Below, piece by piece: positions 7,742-16,351 of a DNA stretch of 24,669 nucleotides. The translations under genes and the position numbers were made by a program. Under the pieces are notes generated by a model. That model was not told where the DNA came from. It did not search any database and saw only the letters and a list, made by a program, of their open reading frames with translations. The number at the start of each line of letters is the position of its first letter. Position 1 is the first letter of the stretch. Source of the DNA: a virus (lineage: Duplodnaviria > Caudoviricetes); IMG/VR virus record IMGVR_UViG_3300017911_001876, positions 1 to 24,669 of that record. One strand, 5' to 3'.

Positions 7742-8128
7742 ATGAAAAAGTACTATTATATTGGTGAAGAATTCGACACGTTAGAATCCGCAAATGCAGC
7801 GGTAGCGGAACATAAGACAAAACTAGAAACATGTCCTTCTGAATTTATTCGTGTAAAGGAAGTTACAGGTTCAGCTGAAGCAGGTTGGGTAATGACCCCT
7901 GATTTGTTAAATGATGAACAAATATTAGCTATTGATCCCGATTCAGATAAATGCTATTATGTGGCATCGATAGAACATGGCGATAATAAAGTTGGATTAA
8001 CTGCAACTGAAACTATTACAGAAATTAATAGATTATTAAGAAAATATGGATCATGGGCAAATGTCGATAAAATCGTTACCGTCGAAGAAACAACTGCGCA
8101 AACCGATATGTCGAATTTCTTAGAATAA
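7742..8128 (+). CDS. Hypothetical protein
   Basis: 128-aa acidic ORF immediately after the adhesin stop. No motif recognised. Confidence 0.65.
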   Translation: MKKYYYIGEEFDTLESANAAVAEHKTKLETCPSEFIRVKEVTGSAEAGWVMTPDLLNDEQILAIDPDSDKCYYVASIEHGDNKVGLTATETITEINRLLRKYGSWANVDKIVTVEETTAQTDMSNFLE

Positions 8129-8147
8129 AACTGCTGTAAAAAATTGT

Positions 8148-8155
8148 TATAAATA
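8148..8155 (+). promoter_or_regulatory. T4-type late promoter TATAAATA
   Basis: Exact consensus, intergenic, 32 nt upstream of gp13. Confidence 0.85.
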
Positions 8156-8187
8156 CCTCTAAGATACGAACTTAGGGGTATTTTTTT
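8151..8187 (+). terminator. Stem-loop plus T-tract: intrinsic terminator and/or RBS-sequestering hairpin
   Basis: AAATACCTCTAAG (8151-8163) pairs with CTTAGGGGTATTT (8171-8183): 13 bp with one G-U pair and a 7-nt loop. The T-run 8181-8187 lies directly before the gp13 ATG. Confidence 0.7.
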
Positions 8188-8940
8188 ATGGCTACACCAT
8201 CCAGCCGCCAAGGATTAATTGACTATTGCTTACGAGCCCTTGGTGAACCAGTAATCGAAGTAAATATTGATGCAGATCAAATGGAAGATCGTGTAGACGA
8301 AGCTCTGCAGTATTATCAAGAATTCCATTCAGATGCGACATTGCGTTCGTATTTAAAGCACGAAGTTTCAGATTCAGATGTATCGAATGAATATATCGAT
8401 CTAAGTACTGATATCACATATGTATCTAGGTTATTTCCGGTCAAAGGCGGTTCTGTTTCAAAGGACTTCTTTGATATCAAATATCAGCTACACCTTAATG
8501 ATATCGCTAATCTACAGACATATATGGGTGACTTAGCCTATTATGAATCGATGCAACAATATTTGTCATTGATTGATATGAAGCTCAATGGTACGCCACA
8601 AGTCAGATTCTCACGTAGAGAAAATAGATTATATATCGATGGTGATTTTGAAGATAAAGATATTAAGTCAGGTGATTATCTTGTTGCAGAGATCTATAAA
8701 ATTCTAGATCCTGATGTAAATACTTCAATCTATAATGACAGATGGTTAAAAGAATATACGACTGCATTATTTAAATTGCAATGGGGTCAGAATCTTCTAA
8801 AGTTTGAAGGCATGCAGTTGCCTGGCGGTGTGCAGCTAAATGGTAGACAGATGTATGAAGATGCACAACAAGATCTGGCTAGACTTAGAGAAACTATTCG
8901 TGAAGAGCATGAATTCCCAGCTGATTTCTTTATGGGGTAA
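8188..8940 (+). CDS. gp13: Neck protein gp13
   Basis: LIDYCLRALGEPVIEVNI...DRVDEALQYY...WLKEYTTALFKLQWGQNLLKFEGMQLPGGVQLNG, plus position before gp14. Confidence 0.93.
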   Translation: MATPSSRQGLIDYCLRALGEPVIEVNIDADQMEDRVDEALQYYQEFHSDATLRSYLKHEVSDSDVSNEYIDLSTDITYVSRLFPVKGGSVSKDFFDIKYQLHLNDIANLQTYMGDLAYYESMQQYLSLIDMKLNGTPQVRFSRRENRLYIDGDFEDKDIKSGDYLVAEIYKILDPDVNTSIYNDRWLKEYTTALFKLQWGQNLLKFEGMQLPGGVQLNGRQMYEDAQQDLARLRETIREEHEFPADFFMG

Positions 8941-8943
8941 TAA

Positions 8944-9540
8944 ATGGCTACTAATAGGTACTTCACCCAAGGGCGAAGATCAGAACAACAAATGTACGAG
9001 GAAATTGTCATTGAGGCTTTAAAAGCCTATGGACAAGATGTATATTATTTGCCTCGTGATATTGTAAACGAAGATAAAGTCCTGAATGAGGATGTACCAT
9101 CACGCTTTAATTCATCATATAAACTTGAAATGTATATCGAAAACATTGAAGGCTTTGATGGTGAAGGTGATCTATTTACAAAGTTTGGTGTAGAGATTCG
9201 AGATCAAGCTTCATTCGTAGTAGCTAAACGTAGATGGGAACATACAGTTCACCGCTATGATAATGATATTCAGACAACTCGCCCTGCAGAGGGTGATTTA
9301 CTTTATATCCCATTTTCTAAAAAGTTATTTGAGATTATGGCTGTCGAGCATGAACAGCCTTTCTATCAGTTAAAGAATCTGCCCACATATAAATTACGTT
9401 GTGAATTGTTTGAATATGCAGATGAAGATCTTGATACTGGAATTGCAGAGATTGATGATATTGAAGCTGACTATGCATACAAATATAAACTAACTCTTGA
9501 TCAAGGCACAAGAGCAACCGCTACAGCGAGTATTGGATAA
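8944..9540 (+). CDS. gp14: Neck protein gp14, conserved N-terminal part
   Basis: YGQDVYYLPR, EGFDGEGDLFTKFG, RPAEGDLLYIP, FEIMAVEHEQPFYQL, YKLRCELFEY. Confidence 0.92.
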   Translation: MATNRYFTQGRRSEQQMYEEIVIEALKAYGQDVYYLPRDIVNEDKVLNEDVPSRFNSSYKLEMYIENIEGFDGEGDLFTKFGVEIRDQASFVVAKRRWEHTVHRYDNDIQTTRPAEGDLLYIPFSKKLFEIMAVEHEQPFYQLKNLPTYKLRCELFEYADEDLDTGIAEIDDIEADYAYKYKLTLDQGTRATATASIG

Positions 9541-11198
9541 TGGGTAGAGTAACAGGTTTAACCATCACAGATTCTGGCACTCAGTACAGTACAATTCCTA
9601 CTGTCACTATATCGTTACCAGATCAAGATTCAAGTAATGCTACAGCAACAGCTATATTAAATCAAGATGGTAATGTATCGGGATTTACTATCACTGATAG
9701 CGGTAGTTATTATACAAGTGTACCAACGATTACGATTGGGCTACCAGATGAAGATTCGGCTAATGCTACGGCTAGTGTATCTGTAAATGATTCTGGTTAT
9801 ATTGAAAATATCACATTAAATAATGCTGGTAGATATTATACGACAACTCCTAATATTACGATTAGTGCGCCTGATGCAAAACCATTAAATTGGGTTACTA
9901 GTTATTCAGGACAATCAGCTAAATGGGGTAATTATTCTTATAAGCTAAATTATCAAACAGATGATTCTGATTATACTAATTTTACAAATATTGATGGATT
10001 AGGTGGTTCAAATACTACTGAGCTATCATTAGAGTTTTGGATTAATATTCCGGCGTCACGTACTGGTGACGTTATGTTATTTCCTACCGATCATAGTGAT
10101 GGATCAAATAATAAAGTAAGCATTGAAGGAAATAATTTAAGATGGTCATGGACAGAAGGAAACGGAGCCACTGGAACTAGTATTGTAACATCTGATAATC
10201 CATTAATTTCTCAGACATGGCATTTTGTACAGTTAATCAGAGATTACAATAATGGTACATCAGATCATAAAATTTATATTGATGGAGCTATAAAGGATTA
10301 CACAGATAATAGGCCTAATGTAGACAATTTTATTCAAAATAAAATTAGATTAGTAAATTCAATCGGATCAGATGGTATTTTACTTGATGCCATTCGATTT
10401 AATCTTGATACAGATACAGTACTAAACCCCATCCCTGACTCAGATAGAAATCCATATGTCGATACTTCAGATAGTAATGAAAACTATTTAGGATTTCATT
10501 TAGTTACGGCTACTGCGACAGCTACTGTTGTAAATGGATCACTAGACGCTATTGTAGAAGTTACAAATCGCGGAAATGGATATTATAAAACTGCGACAGC
10601 GACCATAGATAGTGCAACTGGAACGAAAGCAGATTTTAGAGCAACAGGAACTGGGGTGCTTACAAATGGTGCTTTGTCATCCATAACATTAACAGATTCT
10701 GGTAGTTTTTATGCAGTAGCTCCTGTAGTTACGATTGATAGTGCTACTGGTAATAAATCTGCTTTCAGAGCAACAGCAAGAGCAACGATTGACAGTTCGT
10801 CAGGTGAATTGGCCACATTAGTAATTACTGATTCTGGTAATTTTTATGATAATGTTCCTACAGTTACAATTGCAGCACCTACTACTAAGAAAGATTTTAT
10901 CAGAAATGAGACCGTAGAAATGACAATTTCTGACGGTGTTAAGATGACCGGTGAAGTTTTAAAGTGGTCAGATTCTGATAATGTATTACATCTTGCTCAT
11001 GTAGGAGCCGATGATGGTAAGTATCATACGTTTGTTATTAACAATAGAATTACTGGTAAAACGTCTGCTGCTACAGGCTTAATGCTATCAGTGACAGAAG
11101 ATAATCAAATCTCAAGCAATGAACAAAATACTTATTTTGATACACTTACTGATTTCTTAGATTTCTCTGAGAGCAACCCATTCGGAGATCCTAGCTAA
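9540..11198 (+). CDS. gp14-associated structural protein: beta-rich repeats, a LamG/ConA-like domain and a gp14-like C-terminus
   Basis: Repeats of ATATA...ITDSG..Y...P.VTI. Central SLEFWINI...WHFVQLIR...KIYIDG (about 9960-10420). Ends FLDFSESNPFGDPS like marine gp14 C-termini. TAATG overlaps at both ends. Confidence 0.7.
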   Translation: MGRVTGLTITDSGTQYSTIPTVTISLPDQDSSNATATAILNQDGNVSGFTITDSGSYYTSVPTITIGLPDEDSANATASVSVNDSGYIENITLNNAGRYYTTTPNITISAPDAKPLNWVTSYSGQSAKWGNYSYKLNYQTDDSDYTNFTNIDGLGGSNTTELSLEFWINIPASRTGDVMLFPTDHSDGSNNKVSIEGNNLRWSWTEGNGATGTSIVTSDNPLISQTWHFVQLIRDYNNGTSDHKIYIDGAIKDYTDNRPNVDNFIQNKIRLVNSIGSDGILLDAIRFNLDTDTVLNPIPDSDRNPYVDTSDSNENYLGFHLVTATATATVVNGSLDAIVEVTNRGNGYYKTATATIDSATGTKADFRATGTGVLTNGALSSITLTDSGSFYAVAPVVTIDSATGNKSAFRATARATIDSSSGELATLVITDSGNFYDNVPTVTIAAPTTKKDFIRNETVEMTISDGVKMTGEVLKWSDSDNVLHLAHVGADDGKYHTFVINNRITGKTSAATGLMLSVTEDNQISSNEQNTYFDTLTDFLDFSESNPFGDPS

Positions 11199-11986
11199 TG
11201 TTTGGTACATACTTTTATCACGAACGAATCCGCAAAAGCGTTGCTACTTTTGGATCTTTATTTAATAACATTTATGTGTTACGTAAAGACGCAGCAGGTG
11301 ATGTATTAAGCCAAGTGAAAGTACCACTTGCTTATGCACCTCAGCAAAAATTTTTAGAACGTATTCGTGAAAATCCAGAATTACGTGGTGATACAGTTGT
11401 CGCGATTAAACTTCCTCGGATGTCATTTGAAATTTTAGGTATGACATACGATCAAGGAAGACAGCTATCTCGTAATAATAACTTTATGACGAAAGCAACA
11501 GCAAATACTAAACGTAATAAGTTTAATGCCTTTGCTCCGTATACTATTGCTTTTCAATTGAATATCTATTCTAAAACACAGGATGACGCACTACAAATTG
11601 TAGAACAGATTCTTCCCTATTTTACACCACAATATACGTTGACGCTAAAACCTTTTACAGATTATCAAGACGTAAAAGAAGATGTGCCTATTTCACTTAC
11701 TGGCGTGACGTTTAGTGATGATTTTGAAGGTGCACTCGAATCTCGTCGTACTATCATATATACTTTAGACTTTGAGATGAAAATCAATTTCTATGGTCCG
11801 ATCGAAGAAACAAATGTAATTAGAAAATCTATTACAAGTATATTCGATCAAGAAGGTGGTCTAAATGATTCTGACCAAAAACTTGAATCAATTACAATTG
11901 AGCCAGATCCACTTACAACAATAGGTTTGGCTGATAGTGACTTTGGATTTACAAGCACTATAACATTTATAGGTGATAGTTCATAA
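11198..11986 (+). CDS. gp15: Tail sheath stabilizer / tail terminator gp15
   Basis: YFYHERIRKSVATFGSLFNNI, VKVPLAYAPQQKF, LPRMSFE, DDALQIVEQILPYFTP. Confidence 0.93.
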   Translation: MFGTYFYHERIRKSVATFGSLFNNIYVLRKDAAGDVLSQVKVPLAYAPQQKFLERIRENPELRGDTVVAIKLPRMSFEILGMTYDQGRQLSRNNNFMTKATANTKRNKFNAFAPYTIAFQLNIYSKTQDDALQIVEQILPYFTPQYTLTLKPFTDYQDVKEDVPISLTGVTFSDDFEGALESRRTIIYTLDFEMKINFYGPIEETNVIRKSITSIFDQEGGLNDSDQKLESITIEPDPLTTIGLADSDFGFTSTITFIGDSS

Positions 11987-12318
11987 TGGATTCTGATACT
12001 GTAGATAATGATTTTGAATATGCTAGAAGAAATTATCATGACCTATTAGCAAAAGGTACTGATGCACTTGAAGAAATGATGGAAGTAGCTAGAGCTACTG
12101 AACATCCTAGAGCATTCGAAGTATTCGCTAATATGATGAAGAACGTGGCTGATATTAATGGCAATTTAATTGATTTGCATAAAAAGAAAAAAGATTATAA
12201 TAAAAAAGATGAGAAAGTAGCATTACCACAAGGGCAGACAACAAATAATGTTTTTGTTGGATCTACGACTGACCTACAGAGAATGCTAAAGAATGAAAAA
12301 ATTATAGATCATGAATGA
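11986..12318 (+). CDS. gp16: Terminase small subunit gp16
   Basis: DFEYARRN...EHPRAFEVF...NNVFVGSTTDLQRML. Confidence 0.92.
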   Translation: MDSDTVDNDFEYARRNYHDLLAKGTDALEEMMEVARATEHPRAFEVFANMMKNVADINGNLIDLHKKKKDYNKKDEKVALPQGQTTNNVFVGSTTDLQRMLKNEKIIDHE

Positions 12319-13921
12319 TACCTACTTAGGCAATCCAAACGTTAAACGTGATGGTGTTGCCCATAACTGGACAGAGCACGAGGTAAAAGAATACGCTCGA
12401 TGCATGAATGATCCAGGTTATTTTGCAAAACAATATTGTAAAATTATCTCACTTGATGAGGGTCTAGTTCCATTCGAGCTATATCCATATCAGGAAAAGA
12501 TGTTTAATCATTTTAATTCTAATAGATTTAATATCGTATTAGCATGCCGTCAGTCTGGTAAATCGATTTCTTCTGTTGTGTATCTTTTATGGTTTGCATT
12601 ATTCAATCCAGAGAAAACAATTGCAGTACTCGCAAATAAAGGAGCTACTGCTCGTGAGATGCTATCTCGTGTTACAATGACACTTGAGAATCTTCCATTC
12701 TTTCTGCAGCCTGGATGTAAAGCACTCAATAAAGGTTCAATAGAATTTAGTAATAACTCTCGGATCGTAGCTGCTGCGACATCTGGTAGTTCTATTCGTG
12801 GCATGTCAGTTAACTTACTTTATCTTGACGAATTTGCATTTGTTGAGAGAGCAGCAGAGTTTTATACATCAACATATCCAGTTGTATCATCTGGTAAAGA
12901 CACTAAAATTATTATCACATCAACTGCTAATGGTATTGGTAATACGTTTCAGAAAATCTGGGAAGGTGCAGTACAAGGTACGAATGAATTTACTCCATTT
13001 CGTGTAGACTGGTGGGATGTGCCTGGCCGAGATGAGGCATGGAAAGAACAAACGATTGCGAATACATCACAGATGCAATTTGATCAAGAGTTTGGTAATA
13101 CGTTCTTTGGTACTGGTGATACATTGATATCAGGCAATAAGCTATTAGAGTTTAGAGCTAAGCCACCCAAGAATTTATTAGAATCAAATTCGATGTATAT
13201 CTATGAAGAGCCACAAAAGAAACATGATTATATTATGACAGTCGACGTTTCGAGGGGAAGAGGTCAGGACTATTCAACTTTTAATTTGATCGATATTAGC
13301 ACTCGCCCGTTTCAACAGGTTGCTGTTTATCGCAACAACACTATCTCTCCATTACTCTTCCCAAATATTATCTATAAATATGCTAAACTCTACAATGAAG
13401 CCACTGTCGTAGTAGAATCAAATGACCAGGGCATGGTTGTGTGTAATGGATTATATCATGATTTAGAATATGATAATTTGTTTATTGAGTCAGCCGTAAA
13501 GGCAAATGCACTTGGTGTAGAGATGACTCGTAAAGTTAAACGCATTGGCTGTTCTGCAATTAAAGATATATTAGAAGAAAATAAATTAGAAATCCATGAT
13601 GAAAATACAATTATGGAAATCTCTACATTTGTCGCTAAAGGACAATCATACGAAGCAGCAGATGGTAACCATGACGATCTCGTGATGAATCTCGTTATGT
13701 TTGGTTATTTTGCAACTGGAGATTATTTCAGAGAAAGTACTGATATTAATCTAAAAGAGATGATGTTTAAACAGCGAATGAAAGAAATCGAAGATGATGT
13801 TGTGCCATTCGGATTTATAGATGACGGTATGGATGAAGTCAGACAAGCGCCAGTCGAGAGTCCATGGGCTCTTGATGATGAATTAGATGTGCGATTTGAC
13901 CCAAATCATACGAATTTTTAA
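12311..13921 (+). CDS. gp17: Terminase large subunit gp17
   Basis: YLGNPN, Walker A CRQSGKS, Walker B LLYLDEFAF, ITSTANG, and nuclease motifs TVDVSRG and HDDLVM. Confidence 0.97.
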   Translation: MNDTYLGNPNVKRDGVAHNWTEHEVKEYARCMNDPGYFAKQYCKIISLDEGLVPFELYPYQEKMFNHFNSNRFNIVLACRQSGKSISSVVYLLWFALFNPEKTIAVLANKGATAREMLSRVTMTLENLPFFLQPGCKALNKGSIEFSNNSRIVAAATSGSSIRGMSVNLLYLDEFAFVERAAEFYTSTYPVVSSGKDTKIIITSTANGIGNTFQKIWEGAVQGTNEFTPFRVDWWDVPGRDEAWKEQTIANTSQMQFDQEFGNTFFGTGDTLISGNKLLEFRAKPPKNLLESNSMYIYEEPQKKHDYIMTVDVSRGRGQDYSTFNLIDISTRPFQQVAVYRNNTISPLLFPNIIYKYAKLYNEATVVVESNDQGMVVCNGLYHDLEYDNLFIESAVKANALGVEMTRKVKRIGCSAIKDILEENKLEIHDENTIMEISTFVAKGQSYEAADGNHDDLVMNLVMFGYFATGDYFRESTDINLKEMMFKQRMKEIEDDVVPFGFIDDGMDEVRQAPVESPWALDDELDVRFDPNHTNF

Positions 13922-13925
13922 AAGT

Positions 13926-13933
13926 TATAAATA
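13926..13933 (+). promoter_or_regulatory. T4-type late promoter TATAAATA
   Basis: Exact consensus in the gp17-gp18 intergenic region. Confidence 0.85.
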
Positions 13934-13997
13934 GAATTAATTGAATATAACCGTATCATGAAAACACATAATTCGATTACTGGAAAAGGAAACAGTC

Positions 13998-15740
13998 ATG
14001 GCAATTTTTTCGACTTCTGAGTCTCCAGCAATTACTATCAAAGAGATTGACTTTTCAGGCGGTACAGTACCAAACGTTCAGTCAACTACTGGTGGTTTTG
14101 TCGGGAACTTCCAGTGGGGTCCAGTCGAAGAGGCAACATTAATTACAGACGAAGGAAGTCTAGCCTCGACTTTTGGTCAACCACGAGATAGTGCGGCTAC
14201 TGATTATCTAACAGTGTCTCACTTCCTACAATACTCTCAAACAGCTCAAGTTGTTCGTGCTATCGATGCAAATGCAGAGAACGCGACAGACGGAGCTTTT
14301 GATACTGATCCAACAGTTAAAAATCTAACAGACTTTGAACAACAACAAAGTGCATTAGATTCTGATCAGCATACATTTATTGCTCGATTCCCAGGTGAAT
14401 TGGGTAACTCAATTAAGGTTTCATATTGTCCAGCTACTTCAGACGATTCAGCGTTTGATAACTGGGCTTATAAAAATAACTTTGATGGCGCACCAGGCAC
14501 ATCAGCAGAAGCAGCAAAGTACGGCGCACTTCGGGATGAGATGCACGTTGTTGTTGTAGATGCTGACGGTAAATTGACAGGTACTACAGGTTCTATCCTA
14601 GAAACATATAACTTCTTGTCAATTGCTCGTGACGGTAAGCGTGACGATCAAACTAACATTTATATCAAAGATGTAATTAACGAAACATCAAACTATGTTT
14701 ATCTAGCAGGATTTGGTTCAGCCAATAAATTCCCAGCTAAAGCAGGTACTGCTCTATCAGCACAGGATAGTGGAGCTGATTACGAAGATAACGATGCAGA
14801 TGATGTAAGAACAATTACATTGCAAGATGGTGCTAACTCAGCAAGCTCATTGGCAGCAAGTGATTATAACACTGCAATGGAAAAGCTACAAGATAAAGAC
14901 GAAGTAGAAGTCGATTTCTTGGTAGCACCAACAATGGCAACACAATCTGCTCAAGAATCAGTAGCAGAAAAAGCAAATACGATTGCAAATGCTCGTAAAG
15001 ATTGTGTGGCATTGACTTCACCATCTACAGCCGATGTTGTAAATACAGCTTCAGCAAACGCGAATGCGATTACATTTGCAGGTCTACTACCTAGCTCATC
15101 ATATCTAATCGTTGATAATAACCAACTAAAAGTATATGATAAGTACCACGATAAATACAGATTTATTCCTGGTGCAGCAGGTGTTGCTGGTCTAATGGCA
15201 GCGACAGATAACAACTATGGTGCATGGTACTCTCCAGCAGGTTATCGCCGTGGTGCTCTACTTGGTGTAGCAAATCTTGCTTACAATCCAACAAAAGCTA
15301 ATCGCGATGCACTATATAAAGTGGGTATTAACCCAATTGCAAATATCCCTGGACAAGGTATTACACTGTTCGGTGATAAAACACACTTCCTAAAACCATC
15401 AGCCTTCGATCGTATTAACGTACGTCGTCTGTTCTTGGTTGTTGAAAGAGCAGTAGAAAGAGCAGCTCAAAATGTTCTGTTTGAATTCAACGATGAGTTT
15501 ACTCGTGCTGAATTCGTGAACGTTGTAGAACCATTCCTAAGAGAAATCAAAGGTCGTCGTGGTATTACTGATTTCCGTGTTGTATGTGACGAAACAAATA
15601 ACACAGCAGCAGTAATCGATAGAAACGAATTTGTCGCTTCTATCTTCATCAAACCGGCACGTTCTATTAACTTCATCACATTGAACTTTGTGGCTACAAG
15701 AACCGGTGTTGACTTCGACGAAGTCGTCGGTAGAGTATAA
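13998..15740 (+). CDS. gp18: Tail sheath protein gp18
   Basis: SPAITIKEID, FQWGPVEE, WYSPAGYRRG, FGDKT, SAFDRINVRRLF, LFEFNDEFTR, IKPARSINFITLNF. Confidence 0.97.
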   Translation: MAIFSTSESPAITIKEIDFSGGTVPNVQSTTGGFVGNFQWGPVEEATLITDEGSLASTFGQPRDSAATDYLTVSHFLQYSQTAQVVRAIDANAENATDGAFDTDPTVKNLTDFEQQQSALDSDQHTFIARFPGELGNSIKVSYCPATSDDSAFDNWAYKNNFDGAPGTSAEAAKYGALRDEMHVVVVDADGKLTGTTGSILETYNFLSIARDGKRDDQTNIYIKDVINETSNYVYLAGFGSANKFPAKAGTALSAQDSGADYEDNDADDVRTITLQDGANSASSLAASDYNTAMEKLQDKDEVEVDFLVAPTMATQSAQESVAEKANTIANARKDCVALTSPSTADVVNTASANANAITFAGLLPSSSYLIVDNNQLKVYDKYHDKYRFIPGAAGVAGLMAATDNNYGAWYSPAGYRRGALLGVANLAYNPTKANRDALYKVGINPIANIPGQGITLFGDKTHFLKPSAFDRINVRRLFLVVERAVERAAQNVLFEFNDEFTRAEFVNVVEPFLREIKGRRGITDFRVVCDETNNTAAVIDRNEFVASIFIKPARSINFITLNFVATRTGVDFDEVVGRV

Positions 15741-15762
15741 TAGCGTCAGAGGAGAATAGAAA

Positions 15763-16290
15763 ATGGCTATTTTAGGAGTTGATGATTTTAAAGCCAAATT
15801 GAAAGGTGGCGGCGCTAGAGCAAATCTGTTCCAAGCAACGATCAACTTTCCGGCTTACGCGGATGGTGATGCTGAGCTAACTTCATTTATGTGTGAAGCA
15901 GCTCAGTTGCCAGGTTCAACAATGGGTTTCATTGAGGTACCTTTCCGTGGTCGTAGATTGAAACTATCTGGGGATCGTACATTCGAACCTTGGACTGTAA
16001 CAATTATTAATGACACAGAGATGTCAATTCGTAACGCTATGGAACGTTGGATGAATGGTATGAATTCACATTCAACAAACACAGGCCTTGCGAATCCACT
16101 TGCTTACGAAGCAGATTTAAAAGTAGAGCAACTAGATAAAGCAAATGAAGTTATTAAAACTTATAATTTGCGTGGTGCTTTCCCGACTGCGGTCTCACCG
16201 ATTGATGTAAGTTATGCATCAGAAAATGAAATCGAGAGATTTACGGTTGAGTTCCAGTTCCAATACTGGGAATCAAACACTACTAGTTAA
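15763..16290 (+). CDS. gp19: Tail tube protein gp19
   Basis: GGGARANLF, VPFRGR, GDRTFEPWTVTIIND, FTVEFQFQYW. Confidence 0.96.
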   Translation: MAILGVDDFKAKLKGGGARANLFQATINFPAYADGDAELTSFMCEAAQLPGSTMGFIEVPFRGRRLKLSGDRTFEPWTVTIINDTEMSIRNAMERWMNGMNSHSTNTGLANPLAYEADLKVEQLDKANEVIKTYNLRGAFPTAVSPIDVSYASENEIERFTVEFQFQYWESNTTS

Positions 16291-16294
16291 GTGG

Positions 16295-16302
16295 TATAAA
16301 TA
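16295..16302 (+). promoter_or_regulatory. T4-type late promoter TATAAATA
   Basis: Exact consensus 4 nt after the gp19 stop. Confidence 0.8.
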
Positions 16303-16310
16303 ATACTAAT

Positions 16311-16340
16311 GTAGGGCCTCCGGGCCCTACTAATTTATTT
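16311..16340 (+). terminator. GC-rich hairpin, probable leaky terminator or 5' stabilising stem
   Basis: GTAGGGCC-TCCG-GGCCCTAC, a perfect 8-bp stem, followed by the interrupted T-tract TAATTTATTT. Confidence 0.65.
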
Positions 16341-16351
16341 AGGAATATCAA

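Noticed and set aside
7114-7745. Pro-rich, Ala/Val-rich and Thr/Ala-rich alternative-frame ORFs
   Set aside because: These are shadows of the GGN-rich glycine codons of the adhesin.
13958-14020. 20-codon uORF in the gp18 leader overlapping the gp18 start
   Set aside because: No RBS, and such ORFs are expected by chance. The leader shows only a weak 4-bp stem.
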